The position numbers and the translations under genes were made by a program. Shown here in pieces: positions 39,821-49,949 of a stretch of DNA of 64,000 nucleotides. Below the pieces are notes generated by a model. It made no database searches. It was given only the letters and a program-made list of their open reading frames with translations, and was not told the origin of the DNA. How positions within the stretch are numbered: the stretch's first letter is position 1; each line of letters opens with the position of its first letter. The DNA is from an uncultured cyanobacterium (lineage in GTDB: Bacteria; Cyanobacteriota; Cyanobacteriia; Cyanobacteriales; CAWUOF01): contig CAVUSO010000001.1 in the NCBI GenBank assembly GCA_963744145.1, positions 4,096,001 to 4,160,000 of the forward strand. The letters run 5' to 3'.

Positions 39821-40453
39821 TCAACTACCACCCTTCTCCCCATTCAAACAACCAGCCTGCCTAGCCGTGATCGGATATTTCTCTAATAAATCCTTGCAAC
39901 AGATATGATATGGCTGCCCCCCCACACCATACTGCTCACAAAACCCTTCCCCCCTACCCAATGTTCTCAGGTTACACTCCTCCCTCCGCTCTGGATATCC
40001 AGGCGCTATGCCTTCTAAAGCTATTAGCTGTCCATTCCTGAGAGGTAACATGGCTCCCCACCCAAGTTCTCTCCAGTAGTCCTTCCTGAAGGATAACCTT
40101 ATATCATCCCTTGTTTCACTTACACTCCATGTCTTGTCTATCTTTTGAATGATACCGCAATCAACTTTCTGCCAATCTTCGGCATTAAGTTTTCCTTCAT
40201 TCTCTCGGTCAACAGCATTGATGAGCATTTGACGAGTTTTCAGACCAGCGTCCTCCACTTTACCTGCTTTCAACAACTGCTGCACGGTATCGTAGTCGCT
40301 TTGGTCTGGGGTTTGCGCTATTGATATGATTTTTTGTCTTTGTAACCCAAAATTATCAGCTACAGATGGTCTGGTGATGGAAGGAATTAGTAAGCTAGTA
40401 CCAACTATTAAAGCAACGGTTCCCGACCAAAAGAATAAAGATTTGACTTTCAT
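39821..40453 (-). CDS. Secreted protein with a partial GUN4-like domain and Cys-rich C-terminus
   Basis: Signal-like N-terminus; DY..VQQLLKAGK...A..RENEGKL..EDWQKVDC..IQKIDKTW aligns by eye with the other GUN4 domains here. Confidence 0.6.
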   Translation of the reverse strand: MKVKSLFFWSGTVALIVGTSLLIPSITRPSVADNFGLQRQKIISIAQTPDQSDYDTVQQLLKAGKVEDAGLKTRQMLINAVDRENEGKLNAEDWQKVDCGIIQKIDKTWSVSETRDDIRLSFRKDYWRELGWGAMLPLRNGQLIALEGIAPGYPERREECNLRTLGRGEGFCEQYGVGGQPYHICCKDLLEKYPITARQAGCLNGEKGGS

Positions 40454-40617
40454 GGTTTGGATACTTATCTGTTTTACTAAACTTGGATTTTTAGACTAAC
40501 ATCAGTTTATTTTATTTTTCCAAAAGTAATCAATACAAGTGAGCGCAGAAATCAACAGTAGGTAATAATGATAAAAACTGGTTAGAGCTGGCTGTAATAT
40601 CACAATTGTCAAGTAAA

Positions 40618-41040
40618 ATGAGACAGAGTTTAATCATTGCCTTACTGCTGGGAGCGAATATGGCGATCGCGCCCATCGCTCAAGCAGACGACCCAACAGG
40701 GGGATATTTTGATGGAACCGAGATTCAATGTCCTGGTATACCGAGAGGCGAATCAAACGTTACGCAGTGTAACGAAGTGGCCTTTCAAAAGGCCGATATC
40801 GAGTTGAATGCGGTTTATCAACAGTTGATGAAACAAGCAGATGCAAAGGAACAGGAGTATTTACAGGAGATGCAATCGGCGTGGATTAAGCTCAAGGAAT
40901 CACAATGTGGTTTGACTCAATATTATTATCGTGATGCACGCTTCAGCGATAAGTGGGAATCTTCTTGTGAAGCCGTAATGACCATTCGCCGTGTGCAGGA
41001 GTTAAAAGCTTTGGGAACGGGAATTTCCTGGCAAAAATAA
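40618..41040 (+). CDS. Lysozyme inhibitor LprI (DUF1311) family protein
   Basis: Signal peptide; C...ADIELNAVYQQL...Q.AWIK.KESQC...C...MT.RR..EL pattern. Confidence 0.85.
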   Translation: MRQSLIIALLLGANMAIAPIAQADDPTGGYFDGTEIQCPGIPRGESNVTQCNEVAFQKADIELNAVYQQLMKQADAKEQEYLQEMQSAWIKLKESQCGLTQYYYRDARFSDKWESSCEAVMTIRRVQELKALGTGISWQK

Positions 41041-41205
41041 GAATGAGTTGAAATCGGATTAGTTAGAAACTGGATATTATCTCAAACTATTGAGCCTATC
41101 TGGTTTCAATTTCTACTAACAAAACTTCCTATTTACTCTTCGGCGATCGCACCCACCTAATAGCAAACAACCGATAAAATTAGTAATCAAAACACCTAAG
41201 TAAAT

Positions 41206-41475
41206 GCTATCCGCTAAACACTGGACATATCTGGACAACCAGTACATAAAGTGTAGAGATGGCCAGTCTCAGTCAATCGTCAAGCGAAAGACTACGTTAC
41301 TTGGGTCATGGCACCTACGAGTGCTTTCCAGCTTGTAGCTCTGCCGTTCAGTTTTAAACATTCCTATAAAGCTCAAGAAAGTGAACTGAGCCGAACAAGC
41401 CTAAGTAACATTGACGAGGAAACAATTACCATTCGACTACGCTCACGGCGAGCCTGAGCAATCAGAGTTTTAATT
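41206..41475 (+). ncRNA. omegaRNA / HEARO-like scaffold of IscB (boundaries approximate)
   Basis: Directly upstream of iscB; HEARO-like blocks CCAGTCTCAG, ACTACGTT, CACCTACGAGTGC-TTTCCA-GCTTGTAGCTCTG, TAAACA, AACATTGACGAGG and ATTACC; pairing gttacttggg/cctaagtaac. Confidence 0.75.
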
Positions 41476-41626
41476 ATGTCTAATGCAAGTTTTCGTGATC
41501 GACACCAACAAGCGCCCAATTAATCCTGTTCATCCAGCACAAGCACGGCTGTGGTTAACTCAGGGGAAAGCTGCTGTTTTTCGTCGGTTTCCTTTTACGA
41601 TCATCTTGAAAACTGGATCAACTGAT

Positions 41627-42772
41627 ACCAATTCTTGCAACTTTGACTACAGATAGTGTAGAGTATAATTTGAGTAGAGTTGAAGGAAAAATATGGCAGG
41701 AGTTTATCACCTAGACATTAAGGAAAGTGAAGCCGAGCTGAAGAAATTGCTCGCAGTGGAAAAAACTGGTCCAGGAAAAGAACGATTACAAGCATTATAT
41801 CTACTCAAGATAAACAAAGCTAAAACAGTCACAGAAGTTGCTGAAATCTTGGGCAGAAATCGAGTTACCGTTCAAGATTGGTTAGCCAAATACCGTCAAG
41901 GAGGATTGGCCAAATATCTGGGGAAAAAAGTGGGTACAGGCCGACCGAGAAAAATTCCTGACTGGGCGGTAAAAAGTTTAGAAAAACGACTAAATGAAGA
42001 GGAAGGATTTAATAGTTATGGGGAAATTTGTCAATGGCTATCATCCACCCTTGGGATAGAAGCTAAATATAAAACCGTTCATCAATTAGTGCATTATAAA
42101 CTAAAAGCCTCACCAAAAATCGCCAGGCCGAAAAGTACAGAACAGTCAAAAAAAAAGTTAGATAATTTTAGAAATCACTTGGCAGAGGACCTAGCTATGC
42201 TGAGTTGGTTTGCCATAACAGTAATGAGTTTAGGAGATAAAGTCAGATTTTTATGTCAAGATGAAACGCGGATCGGCATGAAAACGATTAGTGGGAGAAA
42301 AATTACCATTCGTGGGGTAAAACCAATTGGTAAAGTGCAGTGGAAATTTCAAGCGACTTATATTTATGGCGTAGTAGAGCCAAAGACAGGGGAACATTTC
42401 TTTTACGAGTTTACTCATCTCAATAGTCAATGCTTTCAGATATTTTTAGACTTAGTAGCCGCGCATTTTTCGGATAGTATTTTGATCATTCAGTTAGACA
42501 ATGGTGGTTTTCATAAAGCTAAAAAGTTGGTAATTCCTAAAAACGTTATTTTAATGTTTCAACCATCCCATTGTCCTGAATCAAATCCAATCGAACAGGT
42601 ATGGCAGTATCTCAAAAAGGGATTGAGATGGGAATTACCAAGAAACTTAGATGAATTAAGACTTTTAATTAGTAAAGAACTAGAAAAGATGAATTCAAAA
42701 GTAATTGCCTCAATTACGGGACGAGCCTATATATTAGAGGCACTATCTGTAGTCGGTATTTAGAGAATTGGT
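41627..42772 (+). mobile_element. IS630-family insertion sequence inside iscB
   Basis: Inverted ends (at)accaattct / agaattggt(at) enclosing a DDE transposase. Confidence 0.9.
41693..42763 (+). CDS. IS630 transposase
   Basis: HTH, GRPRKI, QDETRIG, LDNGGFH and CPESNPIEQVW motifs. Confidence 0.92.
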   Translation: MAGVYHLDIKESEAELKKLLAVEKTGPGKERLQALYLLKINKAKTVTEVAEILGRNRVTVQDWLAKYRQGGLAKYLGKKVGTGRPRKIPDWAVKSLEKRLNEEEGFNSYGEICQWLSSTLGIEAKYKTVHQLVHYKLKASPKIARPKSTEQSKKKLDNFRNHLAEDLAMLSWFAITVMSLGDKVRFLCQDETRIGMKTISGRKITIRGVKPIGKVQWKFQATYIYGVVEPKTGEHFFYEFTHLNSQCFQIFLDLVAAHFSDSILIIQLDNGGFHKAKKLVIPKNVILMFQPSHCPESNPIEQVWQYLKKGLRWELPRNLDELRLLISKELEKMNSKVIASITGRAYILEALSVVGI

Positions 42773-44004
42773 ATGAAATAACTAAACCAGTTCAGTTAAA
42801 AATAGATCCTGGCTCCAAAACTACGGGGATCGCATTAGTATCCGAGGATGCAGTTATTTGGGGTGCTGAATTAACCCATCGTGGTCAGGCAATTAAAGCT
42901 AGTCTTGAGTCTCGACGTTCACTGCGTCGTACTCGACGGAACCGCAAAACTCGTTACGCGCCAACCACGGTTTTTGAATAGAACTCATCCCAAAGGCTGG
43001 TTAGCCCCCAGTCTTGAACACCGAGTACAAACTACCCTAACCTGGGTAAATAAATTAAAGAAATTTGCACCAATTAGTTCTATTTCCCAAGAACTGGTCA
43101 GGTTTGATCTGCAACGGTTGGAAGATCCTGAAATATCGGGCATTGAGTACCAACAAGGAGAGCTACAAGGCTACGAAATTCGCGAATACTTACTGAACAA
43201 ATGGGGCAGAAGATGTGTTTATTGTGGTGCTGAAAACACGCCTTTAGAGATTGAACATATCTTAGCTAAAAGTAAAGGTGGAACAGATAGAGTTAACAAT
43301 CTTACCCTAGCTTGTCATACTTGTAATCAGAAAAAAGGTAATCAGTCAGTTGAGAAATTTCTCCACAACAAACCAGATGTTTTGAGACGGGTTCTAGCGC
43401 AAGCAAAAGCACCATTAAAAGACGCTGCGGCGGTCAACTCTACCCGATGGGCATTATTCAACCGACTCAAGGAAACCGGATTACCAGTTGAAACCGGAAC
43501 TGGTGGCAGAACCAAATTTAACCGCGTTAAGTTTGGGATTGAAAAGCGTCACTATCTAGATGCAGCCTGTGTGGGTGTGGTTGAAAAATTAACTTTGAAA
43601 ACTACTAAGCCCTTACTGATTACTGCTAAGGGTTGGGGAATGCGCCAAATGTCTACTACCAACCAATATGGTTTTCCCATCAAACACCGCACCAGACAGA
43701 AAGCTTTTTTTGGGTTTCAAACTGGGGATATAGTCCGCGCTATCCTACCGACTGGAAAATACGCTGGAACACATATCGGACGCTTAACTGTTCGCGCCAC
43801 AGGTGTGTTTGAAATGGTGACGGTAAAGGGGAAAGTTAGCCCTGTCAGAGCTAAATACTGCAAAATCCTGCATCGAGTTGATGGATACAATTATGCCGTG
43901 TAATCCACATTTGTCCACATATTCGGCGATTAGAGGTGATCCGATCGCACCAGCAAGTACGGGCGCAAGAGCAATACGCTCCTATGCGATCGCTATGAAA
44001 ACAT

Positions 44005-44661
44005 CTAGATTTTACAAGTTACTAATCGTTGTATAAGTAATTGAGGGTCCCATTTGAACCATTCTGAGTTTTCTACTTCATAATGATTATCGATATATTC
44101 TCCATGTTCACTATATACTATTTTTTGAGAGTAAGGCAGAAATCCTTCAGGAAAATTGATATTAAATGGACGGTCTGAATAATCATTCCAGTATAAATCT
44201 TTATGCCATCCCAAACGCTCACCTAAGTATACCTCGGTTGAAGCATCATTTTTTCCACCTAGTTGTAACCAGATTTTCTTTTGAACACTAAATCCAAAGT
44301 GACCATTACTATATTTTACCCATAATTGATCAATGGTACGAAGATCGGTACAGGGAAATTTATTAATTGCATTTTCATCAAGGTTTGCATCTTGTCCTTC
44401 ATGAGCTGCTTTTAACATTACTTCTTTTGTTTCGTTATCTGCTTCTTTCCATTTCCCAGCTTTAAGAAAATTCAGTAGGTTTGTATAGTCTATTCCTACC
44501 TCTGATTCTAAATTTTCAGATGGAAAACTATCCGCTAAATAAGGTTTAGATAAGTTATCAATACTTTCTAAACTTGATACTTTTTCGCCAGAGATTAACC
44601 AGAAAAGCAATAATCCAGTACAACCTAATTTCTTCAAGGAATCCCAATTTTTTTTCAGCAT
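44005..44661 (-). CDS. GUN4-like domain protein with signal-like N-terminus
   Basis: SEVGIDY..L...LKAGKWKEADNET...FPCTDLRTIDQLWVKYSNGHFGFSVQKKIW. Confidence 0.88.
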   Translation of the reverse strand: MLKKNWDSLKKLGCTGLLLFWLISGEKVSSLESIDNLSKPYLADSFPSENLESEVGIDYTNLLNFLKAGKWKEADNETKEVMLKAAHEGQDANLDENAINKFPCTDLRTIDQLWVKYSNGHFGFSVQKKIWLQLGGKNDASTEVYLGERLGWHKDLYWNDYSDRPFNINFPEGFLPYSQKIVYSEHGEYIDNHYEVENSEWFKWDPQLLIQRLVTCKI

Positions 44662-44739
44662 AAATATTTGGGTTGCTCCAAAAGCGATCGCTACTAGGAA
44701 GATTATAGAGCGATCGCTGTTCTTAGCACTGACTACAAC

Positions 44740-47700
44740 CTAGTGGACAAAATAATCTTGCAAAGCTTTTACATCCAAAGGTTTTAATTTCAGAGAGTGA
44801 ATTGCTGCTGTCGTAGCTTTGGCTGCGGCTATAGTAGTAATAATTGGAATTTTGTAGGATAAAGCTGTGCGACGAATTAGTCTTCCTTCAGCACGCGCTT
44901 CTTCACCAAAGGGAGTATTAATAATTAAATTAATCCACCCATTTTTGATCCAATCCAGGACGTGAGGACGACCTTCACTTAATTTTAATACCAGTTCCAC
45001 ATCCACACCATGTTCTCGTAATACCCGACGAGTACCAGTAGTAGCTAAGATCCGAAAACCTAAATCTCTCAATTCTTCCACAATCGGAACAACTGCTTTT
45101 TTATCTTTATCACCTACTGAAACAAATACAGTTCCTGATAAAGGTAAACGAGCACCTGCTGCTAATTCTGCTTTTGCATAAGCACTTCCAAAGTCGGTAT
45201 CAATCCCCATTACTTCTCCTGTCGATCGCATTTCCGGACCAAGAATTGTATCAACTCCAGGGAATTTTTCAAAGGGAAGCACTGCTTCTTTAACAGAAAT
45301 ATGGGTAGGAATTATTTCTTTAGTAAATTGCAAAGATTCTAAACTATTGCCAGCCATTACTAAAGAAGCTATTTTAGCTAAAGGAAAACCGATCGCTTTA
45401 GACACAAAAGGTACAGTCCGAGAAGCTCGGGGATTAGCTTCGAGAATATAAACTTGTGCTTCTCCACCATTGCTATCAGGTTTAATCGCATACTGAATAT
45501 TCATCAATCCGACGACATGGAGAGCTTTAGCTAGTTTAACCGTCCAAGTACGGATGACTGCTAACAGATCAGCATTCAAGGAAGTAGAGGGGAGAGAACA
45601 AGCGGAGTCTCCTGAGTGAATTCCTGCTTCTTCAATATGTTCCATGATCCCACCAATCACGACTTGACCTGTCGTATCCGCGATCGCATCCACATCAACT
45701 TCGATCGCGTTTTCTAGGAACTTATCAATCAAAATTGGTTTTTCTGGTTCTACTTGCACAGCATAGGTCATATACCGATCAAGTTGTTGATCCGAGTAAA
45801 CAATTTCCATTGCTCTCCCTCCTAATACATAGGAAGGACGAACTACCACTGGATAACCAATTTTCTTAGCTATTTGGAGTGCTTCAGAATAGCTTCTCGC
45901 TATTCCATTGGGTGGTTGACGGATATCCAGCTCACGGAGAATTTTCTCAAACCTTTCCCGATCTTCAGCAATATCAATCGAATCGGGAGATGTCCCCCAA
46001 ATTTTGCTCGTAATTCGAGAACATTCTGTAGGAGAGCTAATTTGTTGATTCAGATATTCTTGGAGGGGTACTGCTAATTTCAGGGGAGTTTGTCCACCAA
46101 ATTGAATAATAATCCCTTCCGGATTTTCAGCTTCAATGATATTCAGAACATCTTCTTTAGTCAGAGGTTCAAAGTAGAGGCGATCGCTGGTATCATAGTC
46201 GGTGGAAACTGTTTCTGGGTTGGAATTAACCATAATTGTTTCAAATCCCGCAGCTTTCAGAGCGTAAGCAGCATGACAACAACAATAGTCAAATTCAATT
46301 CCCTGACCAATTCGGTTCGGACCACCTCCCAAAATCATGACTTTGCGCTTAGTTGAGGCAAATACTTCACTTTCACTTTCATAAGTGGAATAATAATAAG
46401 GTGTCATTGCTTCAAATTCAGCCGCGCAAGTATCTACCAGTTTATAAACTGGTAAAACTCCTAGTTGCTGTCGGTAACTCCGGACTTGATCTTCTGTCTT
46501 TTTGCTCGCATAAGCAATTTGCCGATCGCTAAATCCCTGTTGCTTGATTGCATATAATTTCTCTTTGGTCAAACTTTCTAAAGGTGTACGTTTGAGCAAT
46601 TTCTCGGTTTCCAGCAATTCTTGAAACTTATCTAAAAACCAGGGGTCAATCCCAGTCAACTCGTAGATTTCTTCCCCCGTCATTCCCATTTGAAAAGCAT
46701 GACGTACTGTAAAAATCCGTTCCGGATTGGGAGTTCTGAGTCCAGCACGAATTTGTTCTAAACTGGGTAATTTTTCCGACTTATCACAACCCCAACCAGC
46801 TCGACCAGTTTCTAAACTTCTTAAAGCTTTCTGGAATGACTCATTAAATGTCCGTCCAATCGCCATTGCTTCTCCCACTGATTTCATCTGGGTCGTCAGA
46901 GTTGTTTCCGCTCCAGGGAATTTTTCAAAAGCAAATCGGGGCACTTTGGTCACCACATAATCGATCGTTGGTTCAAAAGATGCGGGAGTTTTCTTAGTAA
47001 TATCGTTGGAAATTTCATTTAAGGTGTAGCCTACTGCTAATTTAGCGGCAAATTTCGCGATCGGAAAACCTGTTGCTTTAGAAGCAAGCGCACTAGAACG
47101 ACTCACCCGAGGATTCATTTCAATCACGATTAATTCACCAGTCACTGGGTTAATCGCAAACTGAATGTTTGAGCCACCTGTTTCTACTCCGATTTCCCGG
47201 ATAATTTTAATGGAAGCATCACGCAAGCGTTGATATTCTTTATCTGTCAGGGTTTGAGCGGGAGCAACCGTAATCGAGTCTCCCGTATGGATACCCATAG
47301 GATCAATATTTTCAATTGAGCAGATAATCACCACGTTATCTGCTAAATCGCGCATCACTTCTAGTTCGTATTCTTTCCAACCAAGTAGGGATTTTTCAAT
47401 CAGAATTTGACTAACTGGGGAAGCATCTAGACCAAATTGTGCCATTTCTTCATATTCTTCTTGGTTATAGGCAATTCCTCCACCTGTACCACCAAGAGTA
47501 AATGCGGGACGAATAATGAGGGGGTAAGCACCAATTTTTTTCGCGATTACTTTAGCTTGATCGAGAGTTTCTGCGGTTCCTCCTGGACAAACACTCACCC
47601 CAATCCGGTTCATGGCTTGCTTAAATAATTCCCGGTCTTCTGCTTTCTCGATCGCAGGTAATTTCGCGCCGATTAATTCCACACCATACTTTTCTAATAC

Positions 47701-48018
47701 ACCATTTTTGGCCAAGGCTACGGCTAGATTTAAAGCAGTTTGACCACCCATGGTTGGTAACAGAGCATCAGGACGCTCTTTAATAATGATTTTTTCGACC
47801 ATTTCCGGTGTTAACGGCTCGATGTAGGTGCGTTCAGCTGTTTCCGGATCGGTCATGATTGTGGCTGGGTTAGAATTAACCAGTACCACCTCATAACCTT
47901 CACTCCGGAGTGCTTTACAAGCTTGAGTACCAGAGTAGTCAAACTCACAAGCTTGGCCAATTACTATCGGGCCAGCACCCAGCAGCAGAATTTTGTGGAG
48001 GTCGTTGCGACGAGGCAT
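44740..48018 (-). CDS. carB: Carbamoyl-phosphate synthase large subunit
   Basis: [22 protein letters not shown], two ATP-grasp halves and MGS domain. Confidence 0.97.
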   Translation of the reverse strand: MPRRNDLHKILLLGAGPIVIGQACEFDYSGTQACKALRSEGYEVVLVNSNPATIMTDPETAERTYIEPLTPEMVEKIIIKERPDALLPTMGGQTALNLAVALAKNGVLEKYGVELIGAKLPAIEKAEDRELFKQAMNRIGVSVCPGGTAETLDQAKVIAKKIGAYPLIIRPAFTLGGTGGGIAYNQEEYEEMAQFGLDASPVSQILIEKSLLGWKEYELEVMRDLADNVVIICSIENIDPMGIHTGDSITVAPAQTLTDKEYQRLRDASIKIIREIGVETGGSNIQFAINPVTGELIVIEMNPRVSRSSALASKATGFPIAKFAAKLAVGYTLNEISNDITKKTPASFEPTIDYVVTKVPRFAFEKFPGAETTLTTQMKSVGEAMAIGRTFNESFQKALRSLETGRAGWGCDKSEKLPSLEQIRAGLRTPNPERIFTVRHAFQMGMTGEEIYELTGIDPWFLDKFQELLETEKLLKRTPLESLTKEKLYAIKQQGFSDRQIAYASKKTEDQVRSYRQQLGVLPVYKLVDTCAAEFEAMTPYYYSTYESESEVFASTKRKVMILGGGPNRIGQGIEFDYCCCHAAYALKAAGFETIMVNSNPETVSTDYDTSDRLYFEPLTKEDVLNIIEAENPEGIIIQFGGQTPLKLAVPLQEYLNQQISSPTECSRITSKIWGTSPDSIDIAEDRERFEKILRELDIRQPPNGIARSYSEALQIAKKIGYPVVVRPSYVLGGRAMEIVYSDQQLDRYMTYAVQVEPEKPILIDKFLENAIEVDVDAIADTTGQVVIGGIMEHIEEAGIHSGDSACSLPSTSLNADLLAVIRTWTVKLAKALHVVGLMNIQYAIKPDSNGGEAQVYILEANPRASRTVPFVSKAIGFPLAKIASLVMAGNSLESLQFTKEIIPTHISVKEAVLPFEKFPGVDTILGPEMRSTGEVMGIDTDFGSAYAKAELAAGARLPLSGTVFVSVGDKDKKAVVPIVEELRDLGFRILATTGTRRVLREHGVDVELVLKLSEGRPHVLDWIKNGWINLIINTPFGEEARAEGRLIRRTALSYKIPIITTIAAAKATTAAIHSLKLKPLDVKALQDYFVH

Positions 48019-48145
48019 AGTTTTTATGAGGATAGACAATTATTAAACCCAGACCATTTTAATGGTTTTCCGCCTAATCATTGCAGTTTTTAGCCGATCG
48101 ATTTAACAAGGTTTGATGACTTTTTTGGTTTCTAGTGCCCAAAGA

Positions 48146-49849
48146 TTAACTAATGAGTGAATATTCGGCAGCGGGCCATAATTGCCATTTGCCCTGTTCT
48201 TTGATTTCTAAAACTAAACTGTGATATGGGAGTAAACTGGGACGGTGTCCGACACTGACAAAGGTAGTCGTAGTGGTTTGGAGATATTGATAAAGTTGTT
48301 TTTCATTTTTGACATCTAAGGCGCTGGTTGATTCATCTAAAATGGCATACTTTGGTTTAGTGACGAGTAATCTGGCAAAAGCTAGTCGTTGTTGTTCTCC
48401 TAAAGAAAGAACTTTACTCCAGTCTTCTTCTGTATCTAGACTCCCAAATCGTTCGGTTAATTCTGGTAGGTTTACTTGTTTGAGAATCAGGAAGAGTTCT
48501 GCTTCGGAGATTTGGCTGATTTGTTGCGGATATAAAAGCTGGTCACGTAGACTTCCTAACACCAGATAAGGACGTTGCGGTAAAAATAAGATCTCTGTTA
48601 ATTTTGGTCGGACAATGGTTCCCGTTCCTGTATCCCACAATCCCGCGATCGCTCGGAGTAATGAACTTTTCCCACAACCACTCGGACCGACAATTAATAA
48701 TCCTTCTCCTGGAGAAACTTCCACGACTAGATTTTTGATTAAGGTTCTTTGATAATTTGGGGTCATTAAACTGACATTGCGGAAGGCTAAATAGTTAGCT
48801 TCGACGGTAATTATATTCAGATCCAGTTTGGCAATTTCTGCGTTGGGAGATTCTAGATATTTTTCAAAATTTTCTAATCGAGTAATTCCCGCTGTAAATT
48901 TAGTTAATAGTTCAAAATGAGTAATGATTACTTGTAAGGAAAGAAAAATTGTTAAAAAAGCCTCTCTTGCTTGTGTAAGTGTACCTATTCCGGTTTGTCC
49001 TGCTAGGATTTGTGGCCCGATAATTAGGGCTGGGACGATAAAAGTTACAAACTCAAAACCATTTTTAAACATATTCAAATCTAGTTCGCTTTTAATTAAT
49101 TTAGTAAAGTTATCCAAGATTTTTTGGAATCGTTGTTTCACCTGATCAGCTTCTCTTACTTCTCCCTGATAAAATGCGATCGATTCGGCATTTTCCCGAA
49201 TCCGGACTAACCCAAAGCGAAAGTCAGCTTCTCGTTTGATTTGTTCAAGATTTAGTTTAATAAATACTTTACCAAAGACAAAACTGGTAATTATTGTGCC
49301 ACCACAGGTATAAATAATCAGAAAAATTACCAGTTTTTTAGAAAGCAACCACAGCACTCCACTAAAAGCAATTAGCTGCATGAGTGAGCGCAATAATTTA
49401 ATCATAATATATAAAGAATTACTAGTAAATGTTTTAATATCTTCGGCAATTCTCTGATCAGGATTATCAATATCTTCGAGAAAATTAATTTGATAAAAAG
49501 AACGCTTTTGAAAATATTTATATAAAAAATAATCTGTCATCCATTGTCGCCAATAAAAAGATAATTTACTTTGCACGTAATCGTCAGCAGCAAATAAGGG
49601 AATGGCAATAATTAGCATCGCTAAATTAACAGTGAGTGCCAAAATAAATTTTTCACTATTCATTGCTACTAAAGATGAAATAATATCCGCTCTTTGATAA
49701 TTCCGAATGACATTGACAACACTGGAGCTTAATAATATGATTAAAATCAGGCTCAGTAATCCGATCGCTTTCCATTTTTCTTCAGATGACCAATAGGGTT
49801 TAGCAAGTGCCCAAAAACGCTTAAATATCTGAAAATTAAATCGATTCAT
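48146..49849 (-). CDS. ABC transporter fused permease/ATPase (ABCD/YddA-like)
   Basis: DNPDQRI, ENAESIAFY, GPSGCGKSS, LSLGEQQR and LDESTSALD motifs. Confidence 0.92.
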   Translation of the reverse strand: MNRFNFQIFKRFWALAKPYWSSEEKWKAIGLLSLILIILLSSSVVNVIRNYQRADIISSLVAMNSEKFILALTVNLAMLIIAIPLFAADDYVQSKLSFYWRQWMTDYFLYKYFQKRSFYQINFLEDIDNPDQRIAEDIKTFTSNSLYIMIKLLRSLMQLIAFSGVLWLLSKKLVIFLIIYTCGGTIITSFVFGKVFIKLNLEQIKREADFRFGLVRIRENAESIAFYQGEVREADQVKQRFQKILDNFTKLIKSELDLNMFKNGFEFVTFIVPALIIGPQILAGQTGIGTLTQAREAFLTIFLSLQVIITHFELLTKFTAGITRLENFEKYLESPNAEIAKLDLNIITVEANYLAFRNVSLMTPNYQRTLIKNLVVEVSPGEGLLIVGPSGCGKSSLLRAIAGLWDTGTGTIVRPKLTEILFLPQRPYLVLGSLRDQLLYPQQISQISEAELFLILKQVNLPELTERFGSLDTEEDWSKVLSLGEQQRLAFARLLVTKPKYAILDESTSALDVKNEKQLYQYLQTTTTTFVSVGHRPSLLPYHSLVLEIKEQGKWQLWPAAEYSLIS

Positions 49850-49949
49850 TGATGCTGGTGCTAGCTCTTTTTATCAAGATAGCATTGATTTTTGTTTTCT
49901 GACTGGGCAGTTTTGATTCAAAATAGGGATAATAACACTAAAAAAAAGC

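Larger units (their letters stand above)
41483..43903 (+). pseudogene. iscB: IscB (RRXRR/PLMP-RuvC-bridge helix-HNH), interrupted by IS630 and a +1 frameshift at 42958
   Basis: MQVFVIDTNKRPINPVHPAQAR...FPFTIILK (41483-41626); KIDPGSKTTG and RRSLRRTRRNRKTRY (42775-42957); then RQPRFLNR, QELVRFD, CVYC..EHI..KSKGG...NLTLACHTCN and HYLDAAC. Confidence 0.92.

Noticed and set aside
42881..42958. First 26 aa of the 340-aa HNH ORF as a standalone gene start
   Set aside because: Wrong frame; the true frame here encodes the IscB bridge helix
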